From positions 28,024,001 through 28,088,000 of the forward strand of contig OZ024742.1 of NCBI GenBank assembly GCA_964016885.1: 64,000 nt of DNA, in the 5' to 3' direction. A model generated the notes under the pieces. The model did not search any database and was not told the DNA's origin. It was given only the letters and a program-made list of their open reading frames with translations. Every line of letters begins with the position of its first letter. Position 1 is the first letter of the stretch. The translations under genes were made by a program, and so were the position numbers. Of the stretch, positions 30,594 through 43,375 are shown in pieces. The DNA comes from Eledone cirrhosa (lineage: Eukaryota).

Positions 30594-30645
30594 GCTTCTA
30601 CAGGACTAGAACTGTTTCATTCGGCAGGAGAAATCATCAGGAAGC
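30594..30645 (-). ncRNA. Type-I hammerhead ribozyme (family B, best-preserved copy)
   Basis: Minus strand: gcttc-CTGATGA-tttc(tcctgcc)gaat-GAAA-cag(ttctagtc)ctg-TA-gaagc. The element 3' end meets (TA)n at ~30510. Confidence 0.8.
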
Positions 30646-31555
30646 CTATTGTCCAAGTAATATGGTGGTACTTATATCTTTTCTGGTGGTAGGAGAGGGT
30701 GGTGATTGGGATGGATGGGTGGGGGTCATTGGTTGATGGGTTTAAAGAAAAGGGAATTCTTTAAAAACTCTATTTAGAATAACAAAGGTTCTATAGACAA
30801 GTTCACTCTGGAGATGCCTCCTAATTTTTAAGGTTCACTTATGCTAACAATGCCTTTGATTCTGTGTCTTCAAGCACAATCACATGCACACATATATATA
30901 AAGTCCTTACTCCCACACACTCTTATACCCATATATATATATGTATATAACATATATACATACATACTTATATATACATATACATACACACACACAGACA
31001 TATATATATATATATATATATCATCCTCATCATCATTTAACATCTGTTTACATTGCTAGCCAAGTTTGGACAAGTAATCACAGACCAAGTCAGTATTTAA
31101 TCAGGACTATTGATCTTTCAAATGTCTGCGTGAGTGCATGGTCATGTATGTGTGTTCATGTTCATATGTTTATGTTCATGTATCTGTGCATGTGTATGTA
31201 TGTTCCAGCATGTATTTATTCATGCATGTATATGCATGTATATGTATGTATATGTATGTTTGCATATATGAGTATGTTCATGTGTGTGCATGTATGTCTG
31301 TGCAGGTATGTCTGTGTGTAATAGTTCAAATGTGTTTTCTTGTTCAAGTGAATGTGTGTGTATATTCATGTGTGTGTGTGAATATGTTCATATATATATA
31401 TATGTATGTTCATGCTGTGTTTGTTTATCTTTATATATGTGTGTCTGTCTTTATAATCCAGCATTCTGGGAAAAAATATTGAAACACACTTTACATTTGA
31501 TATTGAGTACTTTCTCTTCAACAGTAATGACTTCTGTTTTTCACCAAGACTTTAT

Positions 31556-31629
<74 letters not shown>

Positions 31630-31918
31630 ACATATACATATAATATATATATATATAAAATATATAACTATATATATATATGTATCTGTATGTACATATA
31701 GATTGAACACACATAGATACACATGTATATATAGATACATGCACATATGATATATTTATGCATGGATATCAAGGAAGAAAGTTAGGGGGAAGGGGTCTTT
31801 GAATAACTAGATCATAGATAATGAGAATAATGAACAGTGATATCTAAATTAATTATTTTCCAATCTATTCAAGAATGATATAACAAATAAGAAGAAATAT
31901 TAAAAATACTGCTACTGC

Positions 31919-34900
31919 CACAACACCACCACCACTAACGACAACGCTACCAACACCACCACCAATACCGACAACGCTACCAACACCAACACCACCACCA
32001 CTGCTAATAACAACTCTACCAACACCACCACCACTACCGACAACGCTACCAACACCAACACCACCACCACCACTAATAATAACTCTACCAACACCAGCAC
32101 CACTACCGACAACAACACCAACACCACCACTACCGACAACGCTACCAACACCAACACCACCACCACCACTAATAATAACTCTACCAACACCACCACCACT
32201 ACCGACAACGCTACCAACGCCAACACCACTACCGACAACGCTACCAACACCACCACCACCACCACCACTACCGACAACGCTACCAACACCAACACCAACA
32301 CCACTGCTAATAACAACTCTACCAACACCACCACCACTACCGACAACGCTACCAACACCAACACCACCGCCACCACTAATAACAACTCTACCAACACCAC
32401 CACCACTAATGACAACGCTACCAACACCACCACCACTAATGACAACGCTACCAACACCACCAACACTAATGACAACGCTATCAACACCACCAACACTAAC
32501 GACAACGCTACCAACACCACCTCCACTAATGACAACGCTACCAACACCACCAACACTAATGACAACGCTACCAACACCACCAACACTAATGACAACGCTA
32601 CCAACACCACCACCACTAATGACAACGCTACCAACACCACCTCCACTAATAACAACTCTACCAACACCACCAATACTAATAACAACTCTACCAACACCAC
32701 CACCACTAATGACAACGCTACCAACACCACCACCACTAATGACAACGCTACCAACACCACCAACACTAATGACAACGCTACCAACACCACCACCACTAAT
32801 GACAACGCTACCAACACCACCAACACTAATGACAACTCTACCAACACCACCAATACTAATAACAACTCTACCAACACCACCACCACTAATGACAACGCTA
32901 TCAACACCACCACCACTAATGACAACGCTACCAACACCACCACCACTAACGACAACGCTACCAACACCACCACCACTAATGACAACGCTACCAACACCAC
33001 CACCACTAACGACAACGCTATCAACACCACCACCACTAATGACAACGCTATCAACACCACCACCACCACTAACGAAAACGCTATCAACACCACCAACACT
33101 AATGACAACGCTACCAACACCACCAACACTAATAACAACGCTATCAACACCACCACCACTAATGACAACGCTACCAACACCACCACCACTAATGACAACG
33201 CTACCAACACCACCAACACTAATGACAACGCTACCAACACCACCACCACTAATGACAACGCTACCAACACCACCACCACTAATGACAACGCTACCAACAC
33301 CACCTCCACTAATAACAACGCTACCAACACCACCACCACTAATAACAACTCTACCAACACCACCACCACTAATGACAACGCTACCAACACCACCACCACT
33401 AATGACAACGTTACCAACACCACCACCACTAATAACAACTCTACCAACACCACCACCACTAATGACAACGCTACCAACACCACCAACACTAATGACAACG
33501 CTACCAACACCACCAACACTAACGACAACGCTACCAACACCACCACCACTAACGACAACGCTACCAACACCACCACCACTAATAACAACTCTACCAACAC
33601 CACCACCACTAACGACAACGCTATCAACACCACCAACACTAACGACAACGCTACCAACACCACCACCACTAATGACAACGTTACCAACACCACCACCACT
33701 AATAACAACGCTACCAACACCACCACCACTAATAACAACTCTACCAACACCACCACCACTAACGACAACGCTACCAACACCACCACCACTAATAACAACT
33801 CTACCAACACCACCACCACTAACGACAACGCTACCAACACCACCACCACTAATGACAACGTTACCAACACCACCACCACTAATGACAACGTTACCAACAC
33901 CACCACCACTAATAACAACTCTACCAACACCACCACCACTAATGACAACGCTACCAACACCACCACCACTAATGACAACGCTATCAACACCACCAACACT
34001 AACGACAACGCTACCAACACCACCACCACTAATGACAACGCTACCAACACCACCACCACCACTAATGACAACGCTACCAACACCACCAATACTAATAACA
34101 ACTCTACCAACACCACCACCACTAATGACAACGCTACCAACACCACCACCACTAACGACAACGCTACCAACACCACCACCACTAACGACAACGCTACCAA
34201 CACCACCACCACTAACGACAACGCTACCAACACCACCAACACTAACGACAACGCTATCAACACCACCACCACTAATGACAACGCTACCAACACCACCACC
34301 ACTAACGACAACGCTATCAACACCACCACCACTAATGACAACGCTACCAACACCACCAACACTAATGACAACGCTACCAACACCACCAACACTAATGACA
34401 ACGCTACCAACACCACCAACACTAATGACAACGCTACCAACACCACCAACACTAATGACAACGCTACCAACACCACCACCACTAATGACAACGCTATCAA
34501 CACCACCACCACTAATGACAACGCTACCAACACCACCACCACTAATAACAACGCTATCAACACCACCACCACTAATGACAACGCTACCAACACCACCACC
34601 ACTAATGACAACGCTATCAACCCACCAACACTAATAACAACGCTACCAACACCACCACCACTAATAACAACGCTATCAACCCACCAACACTAATGACAAC
34701 GCTACCAACACCGCCAACACTAATGACAACGCTACCAACACCACCACCACTAACGACAACGCTATCAACACCACCAACACTAATGACAACGCTATCAACA
34801 CCACCAACACTAATGACAACGCTACCAACACCGCCAACACTAATGACAACGCTACCAACACCACCACCACTAACGACAACGCTACCAACACCACCACCAC

Positions 34901-36480
34901 TAACGACAACGCTATCAACACCACCAACACTAACGACAACGCTATCAACACCACCAACACTAATGACAACGCTACCAACACCACCACCACTAATGACAAC
35001 GCTATCAACACCACCACCACTAATGACAACGCTATCAACACCACCACCACTAACGACAACGCTATCAACACCACCAATACTAATGACAACGCTACCAACA
35101 CCACCACCACTAATGACAACGCTATCAACACCACCACCACTAATGACAACGCTATCAACCCACCAACACTAATAACAACGCTACCAACACCACCACCACT
35201 AATAACAACGCTACCAACACCACCACCACTAATAACAACGCTATCAACACCACCACCACTAATAACAACGCTACCAACACCACCACCACTAATAACAACG
35301 CTATCAACCCACCAACACTAATGACAACGCTACCAACACCGCCAACACTAATGACAACGCTACCAACACCACCAACACTAATGACAACGCTACCAACACC
35401 ACCACCACTAACGACAACGCTACCAACACCACCACCACTAACGACAACGCTACCAACACCGCCAACACTAATGACAACGCTACCAACACCACCAACACTA
35501 ATGACAACGCTACCAACACCACCAACACTAATGACAACGCTACCAACACCACCACCACTAACGACAACGCTACCAACACCGCCAACACTAATGACAACGC
35601 TACCAACACCACCAACAACGCTACCAACACCACCAACACTAATGACAACGCTATCAACACCACCAACACTAATGACAACGCTACCAACACCACCACCACT
35701 AATGACAACGCTACCAACACCACCAACACTAACGACAACGCTATCAACACCACCACCACTAATGACAACGCTACCAACTCCACCACCACTAATGACAACG
35801 CTATCAACACCACCACCACTAATGACAACGCTACCAACACCACCACCACTAATGACAACGCTATCAACACCACCACCACTAATGACAACGCTACCAACTC
35901 CACCACCACTAATGACAACGCTATCAACACCACCACCACTAATGACAACGCTATCAACACCACCACCACTAATGACAACGCTACCAACTCCACCACCACT
36001 AATGACAACGCTATCAACACCACCACCACTAATGACAACGCTACCAACTCCACCACCACTAATGACAACGCTATCAACACCACCACCACTAATGACAACG
36101 CTACCAACACCACCACCACTAATGACAACGCTATCAACACCACCACCACTAATGACAACGCTACCAACACCACCACCACTAACGACAACGCTACCAACAC
36201 CACCAACACTAATGACAACGCTACCAACACCACCACCACTAACGACAACGCTATCAACACCACCAACACTAATGACAACGCTATCAACACCACCACCACT
36301 AACGACAACGCTACCAACTCCACCACCACTAATGACAACGCTACCAACACCACCACCACTAATGACAATGCTATCAACACCACCAACACTAATGACAACG
36401 CTACCAACACCACCACCACTAACGAAAACGCTATCAACACCACCACCACTAACGACAACGCTATCAACACCACCAACGCC
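31919..36480. repeat. 30-bp minisatellite (aatgacaacgctaccaacaccaccaccact), ~150 units, grading into (ACC)n and poly-C up to ~36790
   Basis: Visible 30-nt periodicity. The long ORFs in the track are translations of this repeat. Confidence 0.97.
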
Positions 36481-36486
36481 ACTACT

Positions 36487-36517
<31 letters not shown>

Positions 36518-37454
36518 CCACCACCGCCACCCTTGCCACCACCACTACCACCACCATCACCACCACTACCATCACCACCACCACCACCACTACCACCACC
36601 ATCACCACGACACCACCACTACCCCCCCCCCCCCCCCCCCCCCCCACCACCACCACCACTACCATCACCATCACCACCACCACTACCACGACCATCACCA
36701 CCAACACCACCACTACCACCCCCACCACCACCACCACCACCACCACCACCACCACTACCCCCACCACCACCACCTCCACCACCATCACCAACAAAAGATG
36801 TACAATTCGTTATCTTCAAGCATGATGAGGATGTTCCACTTTCTTTAATTCAATTTTTAAAGAATCTCTTTTTGGTTTGTTTTAGTTGTTATTTTATTTA
36901 ACAGATATTTTAGAATATAAAAGACTTAACAAGGAATTTCTCTTGTGAATATCCCACAGATTCATGGTGCCTTTTAAAATATATATATTTTTTTTTTTTG
37001 GCGATTTTTTAGTGTTTTTAAATTATTTTTCTAGTTATCATTTCTCAACAGAACCTTGAGGGAGGTTATAGATATGTCATCTTGAATGAATAGAATTTGT
37101 ATGAGTGTGTGTATATATATATATTACTATATACATACAAACATGTTATGTGCATGTGACTGTGTATATACATATGTTTGATATAGGATAAAAGCAGGTA
37201 ATCTTCAAACATACATATTGATTTTGATTCTTTTAGCTTCTAATCTAATGTAGGTTGGATATATCTACAAATTTAGATATTTTCAAGTATCTTTTTAAAA
37301 TCTTTTATGACCCTCTCCCAACCTGTTTCGCACAAGACAATCTACCAGTTATATTTGAAATGATGTTCATGTAAGGGTGCAGAGCGTATGTTTCGGTTAT
37401 CATCATCATCTTCATCATTTAGTCTCCATTTTACATGCTAGCATTGATATATAA

Positions 37455-38063
37455 CATGAACGACAAAGCATAAATGAATTGAGAGAGAGACTGAGCATAA
37501 GAGGAATCAAATGCTGTGTGCAGGAGAGGCGATTGCGCTGGTATGGACATGTGATGCGTATGAAGGATGATAGCTGCATAAAAAGGTGCAGAGCACTAGA
37601 AGTTGATGGAAACCGCGGAGTGGGGAGACCCAAGATGACCTGGGATGAGGTGATAAAAGCCGACCTTACCCAATTACACCTCTCAAAGACAATGACACAC
37701 GACCGTGACTTCTGGCGTCACACAGTAATACAGAGTACCCGACCTCCCATGGGTACAAGCTGAAGCATATAAACAATATGCCCCCACACACCCCACCGCA
37801 AGGTGGTCGTGGAGGTGCCACGGCAAAAAAGCACCCAGCCCACACTGTAAAGTGGACGTGTAGGCGCCACGAAAAAGCACCCAGCACTCACTGTAAATGA
37901 GGTTGGTGTTAGGAAGGGCATCCAGCTGTAGAAATCAAGCCAGATCAGTTCCTGTATGAGCAAGGCATGGTCGGCCGACCAGACACTGCCCACAACAGGA
38001 CAACCCGTCTAACCCATGCTAGCGTGGAAGAACGGACGTAAAACGGTGATGATGATGATGATG
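37455..38063 (+). mobile_element. RTE LINE 3' fragment (subfamily 1)
   Basis: RRLRWYGHVMRMKDDSCIKR...GRPKMTW, followed by the 3' UTR and (GAT)n. Confidence 0.95.
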
Positions 38064-38294
38064 AAAGTACTATATAGTGAAAGAGTGATTTAAACTTTTG
38101 AACTTAAGGCTGTTTATGACATAAAAGCATGTGGCTTAATGGTCAGTGAAATGGGTTCACAATTGCAAGGTTGTGAGTTCAATTCTGGACCATTATGTCC
38201 TTGAGCAAGACATTTTATTTCATGTTACTTCTTCTGTCAGGCTTTGTGACCAGTAAATAGTATCAGCATTGGAAATGCCAATAATCCAATTTGT

Positions 38295-38400
38295 CTGATC
38301 TGATGAGCTCCACTCCACTCAGTAAATGAATGAGGCCTGGGATGTTGTTGATTTATTTATTTATCAATTCAATGACATGAGTTGAAACTCTTCTCATTAG
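38295..38400 (+). ncRNA. Possible decayed hammerhead with a long helix II
   Basis: ctgat-CTGATGA(38300-38306)-gctc...gagt-t-GAAA(38384-38387)-ctcttc-TC-attag. Helix III is unpaired apart from A-U. Confidence 0.35.
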
Positions 38401-38989
38401 TTTTTAACCAACCATTTGACTTTTCATATAGAAATGAGCTAAGGGACACAACTGGGTAGAAGAAACATCAAATATAGAGAGCAAGAGAAAAGACTGCACT
38501 GGTATATATGTGTGATGCATGTGTACTACTATGATTGTTAAGTGAAGCAGTGTGTGCTCAGTGGAAGGAAGCTACAGTAAAGAATGTCAAGAAAGACATG
38601 GGCAGAAGAGATGAGATTAAAAAGCTGAACCTCACAGAGAAGATTACAAAGGAATGCAACAACTGGAGAAAGGATATGCTGGAAAAGACATCTTTAACAC
38701 ATGCAAGCATGGATAAACAGATGTAAATGATGATGATATTATATTGACAAAATTGGTAAAGCATCAGACAAAATGTCATGTCGCATTTAGTAATAATAAG
38801 GAAAATTATTGTGTACAGTGCTCAGGTGCACTACAACACATCAAAGGTGCATGTATAGTACATAGAATAATGTAGAAATGTCAAGAAATTTAACAGTGTA
38901 CGAGTCAAGATATACACACAGTCACGGCTCTTCATGTTATGGGTTCAAATCTCAGATAACAACTCTGCCTTTCGTCCTTCTAAAAGTCT

Positions 38990-39248
38990 AGAGGCTCATT
39001 AGGCCAGTGTTTATCCTGGTTTTCATAACATCAAGCATCCCCTGAAGAGTACAAGACATCCCCTGAAGATTACACCAGTCCATCACAGAGTTAAGCCTGC
39101 AGTTATTGCTGGCACTCATTTTCAGTTAAGTATCCTGGAGCAATGTGAAATGAAATGTTCAAGAACACACACAACCCAGGCAAGGAATCAAACCCCTGAC
39201 ATTATGATCATAAGTCCAACACCCTTACCACTAGGCCATGTGCCTCCA
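38990..39248 (-). mobile_element. Old tRNA-SINE with a MetaSINE-like core; second copy at ~58790-59030
   Basis: Shared gaggctca.taggc..gtgtttatcc...gctgg.a.tcattttcag...ggagcaat.tgaaatgaa segments and a tRNA-like head. Confidence 0.65.
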
Positions 39249-39964
39249 GCCTTCCAGGTAATAAAATGAAGTACCTTTAAAGTATCTAAATCAATTTACT
39301 GGTGTTGCGTGAAAACTAGAAATCATTTCTATTATATTAACAATGGTAGTTGATTGGCAGAATCGGTAGAGCAACAAATATAATACTTTAAAGCATTTTG
39401 TTGTGAGTTCAAATCCAGCCAAAATCAATTTTGTCTTTCCTCCTTCCAGGGGTGATAAAATACAATACCAGTCAAGTACTGGGTGGAGGGTGATTAAACT
39501 GACTTCCCTCGCCCCCAACAACATATTTGCTGGTCTTTTGCCTAAACTAAAAACCATTATTATCGTGTTGTTGTTGAAAAGAAATAAAAAACTAATTGAA
39601 TTAAAATTCAATTAATTATATTTCTAAATTTTATGATGCTTACAGGAATATTTTTTCTTGCAAAATTTGTGTATTTGCATATCTTTGAAATAATTATTGC
39701 TATTAATATCCCTATTAAAGCTAATGCTCCCCTGTACCACATCAAACCACATTAGTAAGACAGTCTTGAAAAATATATAAGTACTATGACTTCATCACAT
39801 TAAAAATTAAATTCTTTAGTTTACTGCTGATTTGCACGTCGGTAAAGATGATATACTCATTTATATAAGGAAACCTAGTTTTAGATATTTTCTGCTAAAT
39901 CATTATAGGAACTGGTGGGCAGAAAAAGTTATTAAATGAAGATCTTCAATAAACCCTCAGTAAT

Positions 39965-40265
39965 GTAAAACAGGAAAAGCACCCTGTCCACCCTGTAAGG
40001 TGGATGCGCTGGTGTCACAATGAAAAACACCCAATCCACCCTGTAATGTGGTCATGATGGTGTCATAATGAAAAGTACCCTGTCCACACAGTAAGGTGGT
40101 CATGCAGGTGTCACAATGTAAAGCAGCAAGTCCACCCTGTACGGATGTCGTGCTGGTGTCACAATGAAAGGCAGCTAATCCATCCTCTAAAGTACTAGTA
40201 ATGGTGACATAAAAACAACTCACACTCTACTGTGTTGGCATTAGGAAGGTCATCCAGCCATAGAA
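39965..40265 (+). repeat. ~41-bp tandem repeat related to the RTE 3' UTR module; similar array at 55965-56110
   Basis: Units such as aaaagcaccctgtccaccctgtaaggtgg...ggtgtcacaatg, followed by gttggcattaggaaggtcatccagcc as in the RTE/SINE tail. Confidence 0.75.
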
Positions 40266-40949
40266 AACCAAGTAGTTCATAGAACTAGAGCTGGTTTAGT
40301 CTGGCTTTCTATCAAATTGGTTAAAATATAGCTTTGCCCTATATTTATTTCTGTGAATCTTCAGTATCATTCATTCAGGTATTATTCAGAATTTCTATCA
40401 AATCATTCATCATGAGAGAGAGAGAGAGGGAGGATGAGAGAGAGGAATGATGAAATAGAGAGAGAGAGGAAGGATGAGAGAGAGAGAGAGGAAGGAGAGA
40501 AAGAGAGAGGAAGGGTGAGAGAGATAGAGGGCGAGGATGAGAGAGACAAAGGGGGAGGATGAGAGAGACAAAAGGGGAGGATGAGAGAGACAAAAGGGGA
40601 GGATGAGAGAGACAAAAGGGGAGGATGAGAGAGTGAATGAATATTTAGCTTCCAGCAAATGAATACATTAACTCTACAATTATTAGATTCTTCTTTTGTA
40701 GTTATGATGCAGCAACAAGCTCCAGCCCACATCGTCCCTACCACTACTGTACAACAACAACATACAAGAACTCTTCACTTACAACAATAAGCCTTTGAGG
40801 TAGAACCCTACATGTTCACTAGATTTGTCAAAACTAGCAGCCAAATAATTCTTAAATTACACCTTACTGTCATAAAAAGAAGAATAAATTGGATAATGTA
40901 GTCTTAGAAATATGTCTGAAAAAACAACAATAACAAAAAGATTGAGATG

Positions 40950-41327
40950 AGAGAGTCACTTGAGTTAGAGCCGCTACTTCTCTGAATTGAGATATCACAG
41001 CTCCAATACTGTGGGCATGTAGTTAGATTGCCTCATAAAAGAATTGTTGGACAGATTTAACAGACAAAACTATCCGGCAGGAGCCCCAGGCGTAGATCCC
41101 GGGCAAGATGGTTGGATAACATCCATGAACTTGGCTGGTTTCACTTGGGGCTCCAGCCAGATCAGTTGGAGATGATTGCTTCTGACAGGACCTGCTGAAA
41201 GGATTGTTTGAGGACTCTGCCTCCATGACTCTTCCAGGAATAAGAGACATTTTAACAACATGCACTTAATATCGGAGCTGTGATCTCTCAATTCAGAGAA
41301 GTAGAGTATCTACCTGGAGTGACTCTC
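40950..41327. mobile_element. Element with ~57-bp imperfect terminal inverted repeats
   Basis: gagagtcact...ctacttctctgaattgagatatcacagctcc is inverted to ggagctgtgatctctcaattcagagaagtag...agtgactctc. Confidence 0.65.
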
Positions 41328-41419
41328 TGATCACCAAGCTATACATACAGTCTTGGACACTAATTATTAACTATGTTCAACACTAATGCAATCATTATTG
41401 ACAGCATTAGTCAACTAAT

Positions 41420-41619
41420 AAAAGAGTCAGCTGAAAAGTTCTTAGGCTGACCAAAATACTCTCATGGAATGACCAAATGAGGTTTAGTTTTCAACATAGT
41501 CCCTGGAAAGGAACAATGTAGTTATTAATAAGAAGAGTTGAAATAAATGCAATCAAGATTTCACAGCTCTAACATCACTTCTTCATAATCAACCTATGAA
41601 CTTATCAGGTGACCCTCAT
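41420..41619. mobile_element. Mariner-like MITE
   Basis: Imperfect TIRs gagtcagctgaaaagttcttaggctga / tcaacctatgaacttatcaggtgaccctcata. Confidence 0.55.
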
Positions 41620-43375
41620 AGATCAAAATCTCCACAAATTGACTCATATTAATGAAGTTATATGTGATAACCATAAAATATAAACATTTGCATCATAAGC
41701 TCATTAATGTTCTTGAGAACGATGTGTTGGACACAGTAATTATTTGAAATTAACTGCTTAAGTATCAATCATTGAAGAATTATAATTATCTACGTATGTT
41801 AGAAATATTTATTACAAGCGCAGTAAGTGGTGTAGTATTGAACTTGTAGAGCAACAAACAAATTATTTGTAACACTGAGTTACATTCCTTTAGGTTTTAT
41901 TATGGTCAGTTTTTGCCTGTCATGATCCGTTTTAAACAGGGAGACTATTTACTATTACTGTAGATAACAATAAAATAAATGATGCACACTGTAAACGTGG
42001 TTGGTGTTAGGAAGGGTATCCAGCCGTAGAAAACCTGCCAGATAGTCCCATATGAGCGAGACAACCAATCTTGCCTCAAGTGGTACAATTCCCGTCTAAA
42101 CCCATGCTAGCGTGGAAGATAGACATTAAATGATGATGATGATGATGATGCAGTAAATAAATATATACATATACATCAGGTCTGAACACAAAGGAACCAA
42201 TCTCCCACTGTCACTGCCTCTCTCACTATTATGAGCAAATAGGGCGGTGGTTTGGCAGTATTGGTAGAGCGTCAGACATCATGCTTTGCAGTATAGTTAT
42301 GGCCCTTTGCGTTCTGAGTTCAAATCCCACCGAGGTTAACTTTGCCTTTCATCCTTACGAGGTCGATAAAATAAAGTACCAGTGGTGCACTGGGGTAATC
42401 GCTGGCCTTGTGCCAAAAGTAGAAACACTATTATGAACAAATAGAGGCCAATGTGCTGGCTTCCCCACAGCACTGGTGGACTGGCCACCCAACAGCCCTA
42501 GTGGACAGAATCTCTGGAGAATAGTGGACAGTTGCTCTGGAGGATGACGAGGGAGACGTGCTGGAAGAGTCATTCCAACTCGCGAGGCTTAGACCTTCAT
42601 GTAGCCAACTCTGTACCGATGGAGGTGAGTAGGGCCAAAGACTCAAGAATTCTCTACTGCTACGGGCTCGACTGCAAACCTGTCGGAGAGCAACCGATAT
42701 TTGGAGAACTTACCCTCCTTGGTCCGAAGCTCAGCAGAGCCTATGGCTCTAAAAAACTAAGTATCAGTTAAAGTATTGGGTAGATTTAGTCAACTATGCT
42801 CTGTCCTTAAATTTGTGATTGTTGACCCATGCTAACATGATTATCATTAGGCCCCTGGTTTAAACTTGATACGTGCGAGCTTGGGCAAATATTATTTTTT
42901 AAATTCCATATGTCTAACACCCATGGACATGCTTACAAAATCAGAAACAGTATAGCTCCCATGACTTTTGGAAACATTTTTTTCACACTCAGAATTGCTG
43001 AAGCATGGAACAAACTACCTGCATCAGTTATTAGCTGTTGAGACACTGCATCCTTCAAAATTCCCATTCTTTCTGAAATTCCCCAACGTTACACCAAATA
43101 TTCCCCCTCCAAACAAGCAAACACACATGCATGTATGTGTGTGTATTCACTTTCATGACATTTGTACAATATTCTATGTACTATACATACACCTTTGATG
43201 AGTTGTAGTGCACCTGAGCATTGTACACAATAATTTTATCATTATTTTATTTATATAGTTTAACCTGGAACCAAGCCATGAGAGACAAAGTGTCTCTGAC
43301 AGAGACTGTTTGGAAGCCTTTTGGATGGACTGTATCTAGAATTGAAAGGGAGAGTCTTATCACACTGTGTCTTGC

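Noticed and set aside
31912-36901. 902-aa Val/Leu and 741/526-aa Pro/Thr ORFs
   Set aside because: They are alternative frames of a stop-poor 30-bp minisatellite with recurrent frameshifts and no unique domains.
40783-40866. Minus-strand segment with a good acceptor and a GTAAGT donor
   Set aside because: It has stops in all three frames and looks like repeat-derived sequence.
42471-42624. GC-rich segment bounded by cag| and |gtgagt
   Set aside because: It has stops in all three frames and is probably a transposon fragment.
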